Source: Promethearchaeota archaeon (GTDB taxonomy: Archaea; Asgardarchaeota; Lokiarchaeia; Sigyniarchaeales; SOKP01). Taken from it: a stretch of DNA of 64,000 bases. The notes under the pieces are model-generated. The model searched no databases and was not told the DNA's origin. It saw only the letters and a list, made by a program, of their open reading frames with translations. Made by a program: the position numbers and the translations under genes. The stretch is from NCBI GenBank assembly GCA_030603385.1, contig JAUVXW010000001.1, forward strand, positions 160,001 through 224,000, read 5' to 3'. Every line of letters starts with the position of its first letter. Within the stretch, counting starts at the first letter, position 1. Shown one piece after another: positions 50,923-59,885 of the stretch.

Positions 50923-51531
50923 ATGACAACACAAGATACTCCAATCTTTAAGGTAAATGATGGTAATAAGCCGATCTATATTTTAAAGATCGTAATTTTA
51001 GGCCAGGAGCGTGTAGGAAAGACATGTATAGCCAAACGCTTATGTTTTAATACTTTCGAAGTTGAAACAAAGGAAACGTTGGGAATCGAGTTCTATACCT
51101 ATGACCTTCCCATTACAGTAAGCGGAGATGAAACTTTTGTTAGAATTAGCATATGGGATTTTGGTGGCCGGGAGCAGTTTAAAAAATTATTTCCATATTA
51201 CATTAATGGTGCCAATGGTATATTTATGGTATTCAGTTTAGTGGATCTTCAAACCTTACTAAGATTAGATTGGTGGTATGAAAGATTAGGTGAATATAAT
51301 CATGCGGAAACTCCAAGAATGTTTGTTGGCGCCAAAAATGATATTATTGGAAATGTTGACGATAAGACGCGAGTAGATAAATTAGTAGTAGATAGATTTA
51401 TGAAACGGCACGCTGAAAGTGATTTTTACAAATGCTCTTCGAAGGAAAATTTTAATATTAAGAAAATTTTTAAAGAGCTAGTTATTAAGATTTTAGAGAA
51501 GAATAAATTAGATTACGAACGAATTGGTTAA
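50923..51531 (+). CDS. divergent Rab-like small GTPase
   Basis: GQERVGKT, TLGIEF, WDFGG, GAKND, CSSK. Confidence 0.88.
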   Translation: MTTQDTPIFKVNDGNKPIYILKIVILGQERVGKTCIAKRLCFNTFEVETKETLGIEFYTYDLPITVSGDETFVRISIWDFGGREQFKKLFPYYINGANGIFMVFSLVDLQTLLRLDWWYERLGEYNHAETPRMFVGAKNDIIGNVDDKTRVDKLVVDRFMKRHAESDFYKCSSKENFNIKKIFKELVIKILEKNKLDYERIG

Positions 51532-51667
51532 AGTAAAGTAATCTTTTTTCCTACTAAAACCACAAATGAACTTTTTCTAAGGGAACGTATAATAGTTGAT
51601 ATATTTCAAGAAGAAATACTACCAACTAAAGAGGAACTTTCTGAATTAATGAGTAGAACATTCATAA

Positions 51668-52645
51668 TTAAATAAGGATTACAATTACACCAAAAATAGT
51701 CAGAATTACACCAATAAAGCCAAATTTAGAAATTTTTTCCTTGTTTACAAAATAAGTTAATGGAAGGGAAAATAGAGGGCTTGCACTTGCGATTAATGCT
51801 ACAACATCAGCTCCTGCTACATGTACGGATTCAGTATATAGATGTGCTCCAAGTGAAGTTCCTATAATTGAAGCACTTATTAATAAAACCCATGTACGGA
51901 GAGATTTCTTTTTATTAGCGAAATTATTGTTTTCTTTATTTAAGTAATTCTCCCTCCACACCATTGAGCTCAAGATCAATAAAGCAAATGGGAACCGGAT
52001 TACATTTCCTATAATAGAACTAAGTTCTTCTACTTGGATAATCTTATCTATTCTGACAATAGCAACTTCAATCATAACAGCCCCAATAGCCCAACCTAGA
52101 GATGCAGCAAAACAAAAAATAATTGCTTTAACTATATCTTTTCTAAATATTTCTTGAAATCTGATTTTAATTGTTTGTTTTGCGATAGAGTTTTTATTAT
52201 CGTTTGAATTCTCAGAGTTTATTTTGGCTTTACCAATTATAATGATTCCAACACCAATTAGGAGGAGTGAGAAAATTAAATTAAGTTTAAATGGTCTATT
52301 GAGAAAAATTAGAGATAGTATGAATGTAAATAGTGGAAAAGTCATCGAAATAGCAAGTGCAATAGTTGTTCCTAGTTTTTTTTGAGCAGTAAAATAAGCT
52401 GTATCCCCTATCACTTGACCAAAAACGAAACTAAAAATTAACAACACCCATAATTCCAAGGGGATTATAAAAATAAGGTTTAACTGATTTAAAAAGAAAA
52501 CTATAAGGATGAAGGTTAATGTACCTACAGCTGTTCGAAAAAAATTGATAAAAGTTGGGCTAGCTTCATGCTCTGTTTTGCGAAAAATAACATTAGACGC
52601 AACAAATGTTAACACAGCTAAAATTGCGATGATTTCTCCTGGCAT
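51668..52645 (-). CDS. DMT/EamA family transporter
   Basis: About ten TM helices in two repeats; IGDTAYF, PLFT, SPLFS. Confidence 0.85.
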   Translation of the reverse strand: MPGEIIAILAVLTFVASNVIFRKTEHEASPTFINFFRTAVGTLTFILIVFFLNQLNLIFIIPLELWVLLIFSFVFGQVIGDTAYFTAQKKLGTTIALAISMTFPLFTFILSLIFLNRPFKLNLIFSLLLIGVGIIIIGKAKINSENSNDNKNSIAKQTIKIRFQEIFRKDIVKAIIFCFAASLGWAIGAVMIEVAIVRIDKIIQVEELSSIIGNVIRFPFALLILSSMVWRENYLNKENNNFANKKKSLRTWVLLISASIIGTSLGAHLYTESVHVAGADVVALIASASPLFSLPLTYFVNKEKISKFGFIGVILTIFGVIVILI

Positions 52646-52711
52646 TGTACACGTAAATTAAAGAACACATAAATTGTTTTCCATTAAAATGACATTATAA
52701 ATGGATAAATA

Positions 52712-54184
52712 CTAATTATTTTCTTTACTAAGTTGTGATATTTTTTTTCCAAATTCAAATAATTTTAAGAAGGATTTAGCCGCTGCTTCAAGAGAGGGAT
52801 AAACAAGGAAATTATCCTTAAGAAGCATATCAACAAAAATTTTGCCAGATTCACTAGGATACTGATGTAAAATGATCATCATAGTTTTATTTTGTTTTTC
52901 TACATAATCTCTTATTTCTAATAAGTTATTATAATACCCTTTAAAGCGTCTACCTTCTATATCTTTCCAAGCATCTGTTTCTAATATTATCAAACTTATG
53001 TTTTCATCAATTGCAGCCTTGGTCACATCTACAAGTTCTTTTTGATATGTTACAAATGGTAAATCTAAAGGATTTGACAAACTACCTATTCGTATTGGAT
53101 AGATATTAGTGAGTTTTTCCAAAGTTTCACCTTTAAAGTGAGGGACTTCAAACCCCATTTCTATTAAGGTATCCGTTGCTAAGATTCCAAACCCACCAGA
53201 CCATAATATAATTAAGACCCTTTTATTGCTTGGATATTCAATCTCCCTTTCAAGCTTCTTGAATCGTTTAAAATAAGAAGAAAATAAATAAGTATCATCA
53301 ATTAATTCATCCAGAGAGGAAGAAGCCTCAATAATAGGCGTTTGCTTAAACACAGCATTCCATATATTCTTCTTAGTTGCCATAGATCCTGTATGTGATA
53401 ATACTGCAGTTTGGCCTCTTTCAGTTTTTCCTCCTCTCATAAATAAAACTGGTTTTTTCATACCTTTTAAAACTTTAAATAAATTTTTTCCTTCATCCTT
53501 ATGAATTGGGGAAATTCCTTCAAAGTATACGCAAATTACATCCGTATCCTTATCATCATTCAAATATTGTAAAACCTCAGAAATTTGAATATCAACACAA
53601 TTACCAATACTTACTCCAATTGAAAATCGAAGGTGATATCTCCTAGATCCAAATTTAATCATTTTTGAATGTAAATCTCCCGATTGAAAAATCAGACCAA
53701 TATTTCCATGTTCTTCTGGAAATGAAGAATAGTAAGCTGTTTTTCCTTGTGGACTATAAATTCCCATGCAATTTGGACCGATACTTCTTGTATTTTTGTA
53801 ATCATCTAATATTTCTTTTATTTTGTATTCAATTTCAGTACCAGTTTTATCAAATTCACCTGTTCCTGCAGTAAATATATGAATAAAATTCACTTTCTTT
53901 TTTGAAAGAACCTCTTGTAAAGCTTGAACAAGAAGGTCTCTTCTAATAGATAATATCAAAAGATCAATTTTATCTACGGGAATTTCATCAATGGATTTAT
54001 AGCACTTAAGCCCTAAGAAACTTTCCTCTTTGGGAGAAACTAAATATAAATTTTCTAGATTAAATCCCTGTCTTCTAAATCCTTTTACAAAGAAATCGAC
54101 AGTTCTACTAACTCTATATATGACAACATTTTTTGGTTTAAACAGCAATTCTAAAGATTGGTTATTATCATCTGACTCCAACAT
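52712..54184 (-). CDS. acyl-CoA synthetase (NDP-forming) alpha-subunit-like protein
   Basis: IGPNCMG, QSG, SIGN, YFEG, SHTGSMA, NPLD. Confidence 0.82.
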   Translation of the reverse strand: MLESDDNNQSLELLFKPKNVVIYRVSRTVDFFVKGFRRQGFNLENLYLVSPKEESFLGLKCYKSIDEIPVDKIDLLILSIRRDLLVQALQEVLSKKKVNFIHIFTAGTGEFDKTGTEIEYKIKEILDDYKNTRSIGPNCMGIYSPQGKTAYYSSFPEEHGNIGLIFQSGDLHSKMIKFGSRRYHLRFSIGVSIGNCVDIQISEVLQYLNDDKDTDVICVYFEGISPIHKDEGKNLFKVLKGMKKPVLFMRGGKTERGQTAVLSHTGSMATKKNIWNAVFKQTPIIEASSSLDELIDDTYLFSSYFKRFKKLEREIEYPSNKRVLIILWSGGFGILATDTLIEMGFEVPHFKGETLEKLTNIYPIRIGSLSNPLDLPFVTYQKELVDVTKAAIDENISLIILETDAWKDIEGRRFKGYYNNLLEIRDYVEKQNKTMMIILHQYPSESGKIFVDMLLKDNFLVYPSLEAAAKSFLKLFEFGKKISQLSKENN

Positions 54185-54773
54185 TTTCCTCAGATTTTAG
54201 TATTAATTTTGTATTACAATTATAACAATATATAGGAGTTGAATTAAATTCTGTTCCACAATTAGGACACTTTGATCTTATATTGCTTATGATAACGTTT
54301 AAATCCTCTATTTGTTCCTCAATTTTAACTTTTGTAATCTTTTTTAATGTCAAAGATATTCCTATGGAAACTATGACAATTAATAATATTAGTAAGATCG
54401 AATGTAGAATATGAAAAGAAAATTTGGAATCAAAATAATCTCTTGAATAACGGTAAAGAAAAATATACACAAAAAAATTTGGAAAGAAGAAAGTCATTAT
54501 ATTCATTGAATAAGCTTTTTTAAATTCATTATATAAGAAAATAGGAATGATTGACACCAAGATCCAAATAAAGTACATAAATAACAAACCAGATAAATCA
54601 TTAAATAAAACATAATTCGCTATGAATTGGGTAATCCTTTTCTGAGCACTTGAAGCATCAATATCAAAAATTATATTAAACTGATAGCCAAAATAAAATA
54701 TAAATAAACTCAGAATAAGAATCTGAATAATAAAGAGAATAATTTTACTCCGAAAAAAATCGATTATCTTCAT
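54168..54773 (-). CDS. membrane protein with C-terminal zinc ribbon
   Basis: Four TM segments; CPNCG...YCYNC. Confidence 0.7.
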   Translation of the reverse strand: MKIIDFFRSKIILFIIQILILSLFIFYFGYQFNIIFDIDASSAQKRITQFIANYVLFNDLSGLLFMYFIWILVSIIPIFLYNEFKKAYSMNIMTFFFPNFFVYIFLYRYSRDYFDSKFSFHILHSILLILLIVIVSIGISLTLKKITKVKIEEQIEDLNVIISNIRSKCPNCGTEFNSTPIYCYNCNTKLILKSEENVGVR

Positions 54774-54940
54774 TATTAATTATTTAAATTATAACCAAAA
54801 ATTAAACTCTTTTAAACTTCAATTGAAATTCTCGCTGAAAATGATAAAATTTTTATTTTTAAATAAAACCACTTAGTATTTTCTTCTAATAGGTTCAACT
54901 CATATTTATTAAAAAACTCTGAAGGTGATTTCTTTATCTA

Positions 54941-55963
54941 TTATAACGTGTGATTATTTCTTTTCTTTTTTAATGTTCTATACACAGTACCTATTATTAA
55001 AATAAATAATGAACTAACTAGGAGTCCAATGTCATATCCTGGAATCTTTACGCTACTCGTATTTCGCTCTGGACATTCTATTAATGGATAATTATCTTGA
55101 TTTCCTGCAGAGCCAGAAATATTATAGGGAATATCCCCAATACCATCATCATCCACATCATTGTAAGGATAATCATCCCAATAATTTCCTATAATTCCAT
55201 TATCCCAATAATTGTTAATACCATCATCTAATGCATTAGAAGTATTATTAAGACAATTTAAGTATACCTGATTATTCGAAGTATTAGAATATAAAGCGAT
55301 CCCATAATTTCCATTATCCTTGATAATATTCTCCGAAATGACATTATTCTCACAACCAGGATGCAAACATATTCCAACATCTAGGTTACCTGACACAATA
55401 TTGTGTGAAATTGTATTATTACGAGTGTGACCACCCGAAGCATCTAATATTATTCCAAAAACTAATCCGTTTGAAGCATTATTATTTGAAATTATATTGT
55501 AGCTTGAATTTCCCATATATATTAATGCTCCTGTATTTACTGCCATACTATTCTCCGTTATTTTACCATTAGAAACATTCCCTAGTACAATTCCTGGATA
55601 TCCAGATGATATGAAATGGCAATCTTTTATTATAAAATACTTCATAGAATTGCTAATAATTAAGGGGATGGTAGGAATGCTGGGAATATTGAAGATATGA
55701 TTCTTTATAATAAATGGATTACTTGATGTTCCAGATCCAGTACAATAACCTTGATCTTTTGCCCAGCTCCAATTTGTAAGGCTCCCAGGAAGGTCGTTTA
55801 TCCATATTGGAGTATCATATATTGTAGAAATTTGTGGAATATCTTTTCTAGAAATTTCCTCAGATTTATGATGTATAATGTATGGAATGCTGAAATAGAG
55901 AGGAGGTATAAACAAAGTCACTATTAGTGAATAAACTAAGAATCTTTTTGCATTTATTTTCAT
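54941..55963 (-). CDS. secreted/surface beta-helix (NosD/CASH-like) protein with a Loki-CTERM/PGF-CTERM-like anchor
   Basis: N-terminal TM; GSGTSSNPFII; Asn-rich repeats; GNYWDDY; DNYPL; IPGY + TM + basic tail. Confidence 0.8.
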   Translation of the reverse strand: MKINAKRFLVYSLIVTLFIPPLYFSIPYIIHHKSEEISRKDIPQISTIYDTPIWINDLPGSLTNWSWAKDQGYCTGSGTSSNPFIIKNHIFNIPSIPTIPLIISNSMKYFIIKDCHFISSGYPGIVLGNVSNGKITENSMAVNTGALIYMGNSSYNIISNNNASNGLVFGIILDASGGHTRNNTISHNIVSGNLDVGICLHPGCENNVISENIIKDNGNYGIALYSNTSNNQVYLNCLNNTSNALDDGINNYWDNGIIGNYWDDYPYNDVDDDGIGDIPYNISGSAGNQDNYPLIECPERNTSSVKIPGYDIGLLVSSLFILIIGTVYRTLKKKRNNHTL

Positions 55964-56216
55964 TAATCTAAACCGATTTAAGTCTTAAATTTTATTTGGA
56001 TTATAGTTTAATCAAATGATTTTATTTATTAATATTCCTATTATTAACTTTTTTTGAAATTCTATTTCAATAACTGGTCAGTCTTTTAATAAACTCCTTT
56101 TTTAACGATTTTGAATTCAATTTTTCTATTAACATAGATGCAATCCTAAGGTTCTTCTTTTCCAAAAAACTGTTAATTAGGATTGTTAGAGTTGCATCTA
56201 AATTAGTTTTTTATTA

Positions 56217-56507
56217 ATGTATGATATTACAAATGCTCAAACGTTAAAGCGATTATCTGAGTGGGTTCAACTAGCGAAGAACTATAAAGAGGATGTCCCA
56301 ATTTTATTAGTGGGAAATAAAATTGATTTGGAACAGAAAAGAGAAGTCTCTAAAGAGCAAATTGAAAGATTTAAAGTAAATAACAAAATATCAGAATCGA
56401 TGGAGATCTCTCTAGAAACGGGAGAAAATGTGGAAGAGATGTTTTTGAGACTTACAAAAATGCTTCTAAACAAATTAGATGGGAAAAAAAGGAAAAAAAG
56501 GAAATAA
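56217..56507 (+). pseudogene. C-terminal half of a Rab-like GTPase, 5'-truncated
   Basis: YDIT, LVGNKID and EISLETGENVEE present; G1-G3 absent; stops upstream. Confidence 0.7.
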
Positions 56508-56531
56508 TAGAATTCCTTTAGCAATATTAAA

Positions 56532-56735
56532 ATGAGGATATATATTGGATGTTTCAAGGATAATACAAGGAAATCTTGTTTTATAAGAATAGAAACTCAA
56601 AAATATATAAGATACATTAACTTTTACGATAAAACCAAATTATGGGATATAAAAAAATACAGAGATGGTAAGGAAACTATAGAGAAAAAAGGAACCAAAT
56701 GGATAAATATAAGGAAGGTAAATATAAGGAGTTGA
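56532..56735 (+). CDS. small basic hypothetical protein
   Basis: 67-aa ORF only. Confidence 0.3.
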   Translation: MRIYIGCFKDNTRKSCFIRIETQKYIRYINFYDKTKLWDIKKYRDGKETIEKKGTKWINIRKVNIRS

Positions 56736-56824
56736 ATAAATAAATGAGTGAATTAAGAGAGAAAGTTTTAAGACAAAATGCAATTATAAAACCTTTTTAA
56801 GAAAAGAGCAGGAAGTGAGTAAAA

Positions 56825-57433
56825 TTGGATGATAAAATCAAGAAATTATTGAATTCTGTGAGAGAACTTGGAGATAAGTTAAGAAATGAATCTTTAAAAA
56901 AAAGAGAGAGATTGAAACTCGAAAGGGAATGGAAATTAAAAGATCAGGAGTTAATGAATTATACGAGAAAACTTGAAATGAAAATGAGGGAATCAGAAAT
57001 GGATAGGAGAACTGAAGAGATAAAGAGACTTAGGGAAGAATATAAAAAAATAATGAAAATATCATATAATTCACATCCTAATATAGATCACAGTTGGAAT
57101 CCTTTAAGAATACAACGTACAATTGAAGAAGTATATAAGAAAGCTCAAGAAAAAGAGTTGGATAAAAACAACTTAATGAAAGAGAGTCCTATGATAAAAG
57201 TAAAAGATGAAAAATTTAAAAGATGGCTATTGCGTTATCGATTTAAGGAATTAGCAAAAATAACTCCTGATCCGAAGGCAGTTAGAACTATGCTTTTGGC
57301 TTTTAAAGATTGGGATGAAGGGAAAATTGATATGGAGATGTTAAAAAAAATTTTTGACGAATGTAAAAATCCAAAATTTAATCCTGATGAATTTTTGAAA
57401 AAATATCCTATATTTAAACCAAAAAAGAAATAG
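56825..57433 (+). CDS. hypothetical coiled-coil protein
   Basis: K/E/R-rich 202-aa ORF whose stop overlaps the next start. Confidence 0.55.
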   Translation: MDDKIKKLLNSVRELGDKLRNESLKKRERLKLEREWKLKDQELMNYTRKLEMKMRESEMDRRTEEIKRLREEYKKIMKISYNSHPNIDHSWNPLRIQRTIEEVYKKAQEKELDKNNLMKESPMIKVKDEKFKRWLLRYRFKELAKITPDPKAVRTMLLAFKDWDEGKIDMEMLKKIFDECKNPKFNPDEFLKKYPIFKPKKK

Positions 57434-59685
57434 TGAGTTCAGAATCGCAAAAGCAAAGCCATTCAACTGAAGAAGCTGATAATAAAAGCGAAAGTGAAAC
57501 GGTTTCAAAGAATACGTTAGATTTAAGAGAAAAATACAGGCAAAAAACAGGGAAGAGACCGATTTACAATAAAAAGGAGACTAAAGGTTTTCTCTCGTGG
57601 TTAGAAAGACAAAAGAAATTAGCCCTAAAAATGAAACAAGAAAAGAAGGAAGAACAAATCGGGGAAACAAAGGAAGCGTGGCAAATCCTCTTAGAAAAAT
57701 GGGTATGGGAAGCTAACGGATCTAAAATCTCAAAAGAAGTTAATGAAGAGCTTATAGATATTATTAGGAAATATTAAAAGTTTAGAAATATATATCTGAA
57801 ATTGATTAATTTACTCGAAAAAAGAAATCTAACTAAAGAAGAAGATGAAGCTATTGAAAAATTGTTTAAAAAACTTGAACAAGTAAGTCGAATTCAAGCG
57901 AATATGTTTACAAATCTCAGAGCCTTTCGATCATTATATAATCAATATCATATATGGGACATGAATCGAATTTTAAAAGAGCGTGAATAATTCATAAAAC
58001 ACCTTAATCAGAAGTTACAGAATCTTAAAATTGATGAAGCGACCCCGCAAGTTGTTAAAAAATATTGGAAGGAGATTTTAAAAGAAAATTTACATAAAAT
58101 AACAACTTTAAGTTTGAATCAAAAATCACAAATTGTTAAGATCATCCAAAAAGATACATTAAATGAAGAAGACAAGAGAGAATTCGTCTCAGTTCTAAAA
58201 AAACTTCCAATAGAGGATTTGATTTCGTTATTAGGAAAGGATTTTGAAAAACACTCAAAAAATTATGTAAAATGGGATTGGGACTTCTATGAATATATTA
58301 AAAAAGATATGCTTACTTCTTACATAAAGAAAAATGAATCAATTTTGTTTTTAGAAAAAAATGTTTCTGTAGAAACACAGAATGACAAACGCACGGATTA
58401 TTCTACCCTTCAATTTATTGATAATCTTATTAGGGAAATCACAAATATTGCTCCTTCAGACTTAGTCAGGATTAGTGGTAAGAGTGCTGGTAAGATTTCG
58501 TTAACTTGGGTCAGTAAAAATATATTTAAGAGACCTGGTGGCTATTTATCAAAAGTTCGCCAGTGGATTTTAAATCCTAACAATGATAATTATAATCCAG
58601 AATTTAAATTCGCTTTATCTGATTTAGATACTGTGATGGAAAGCTTAAAGTATTATGCTAGAGAGTGGCGAGAATCTATTAAGGAGTGTTGTGTAATTTT
58701 TGATTTATATTCTCTTTTAAATAACTTAAAACAAGTTCCTAATCAACAATTTCATATTTATAACCCAAATCTCAACTTTAGGTTCTTTAGTAATATTAAC
58801 GATAGAGTCAATAGTAAAAAAACCAACTATTGGCTTGGGTTTTTATGTGCAGATGGCTATACCCAAAAGGGATATTCATTAGGTATAACTTTATCACGTA
58901 AAGATCGAGATCAATTAATTAGATTTTGTCAGGATATAGGTTTAAATCCTTCACAAAAGGTAAAGAATTTTGAGAGGGAACTCAATGGAAAAATATACGA
59001 ACAATCAAGAGTGACATTTGGTTGCAAGCCTATGATTATTAATCTCTTAGAATTAAATTATAAGGAAGTTCCAGAGTTTATTAAAATTTCTAGGGACGCT
59101 TCAAATGATTCAGATGCATTAGCTTGGTTATTTGGATTATATGACGGTGATGGTCAACAAGGAAAGACTTCAATTTACTCTACTAAACGTCAACTTTTAG
59201 AACAAATCAGAACTAGTTTTAACGTTCCTAATGAAGTGTATAAAGCTAAAGATCCAAGAATAGAGTTAGATGTCTACGGATATCCTAAACTTGACTCACA
59301 TGGTGACCCTGTATTAACTAAGACTCTTTATGTTTTACGCTTGGGTCCAAGTTTATTTAATAAAATTATGGATAATTATAGAGATAGTATGCCAAGAAAG
59401 AGGAAATACTTTGATGAAAGAATAGATGCTGCAATAAAATTAAAAAGATTATTCAGTAATAAAAGAGAACTTCTTCAAGGCTTAGTGGACCAGCTTCCAA
59501 CCACTCAAATCTTGTTAATATTACAAAAAACCATTGGTGTATCTCGAAACGCGTTATATAATTTGATAGTTGAATGGAATATTGTTCTTCCTCCTGTTGG
59601 ATATTGGAATACTAAAGAGGGGAAGAGTAAAAAACAGTTCCCTCAGTGGTTTATTGATACCGTGGGTTATATTGGTGAAATATAG
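57433..59685 (+). pseudogene. large LAGLIDADG endonuclease-domain gene interrupted by two in-frame TAA codons
   Basis: ORFs at 57433, 57802 and 58114 share one frame with only TAA 57775-57777 and 57988-57990 between them; motifs YWLGFLCADG and WLFGLYDGDG. Confidence 0.75.
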
Positions 59686-59885
59686 CTAAAATTATAAATT
59701 TGAAAATCACAAATTTTTTATCTTTTGGTGTATTTTTTTTCTTACAGTGAAAAGCTTGTCACCTTTTTTCTTTAAAAATTGTCTTATTAAAATTATAAGA
59801 GGATGTTTTCTTCCATGAAGGATCCTTTTGTTCTTAAAAAAAATAACGCTTATAGAGGTATTTTAAATATGGAGGTATGTAGTTC

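Noticed and set aside
51532-51675. About 47 open codons in frame after the GTPase TAA (possible readthrough)
   Set aside because: The GTPase domain is complete before the stop, the extension has no recognisable motif, and it runs into the convergent gene.
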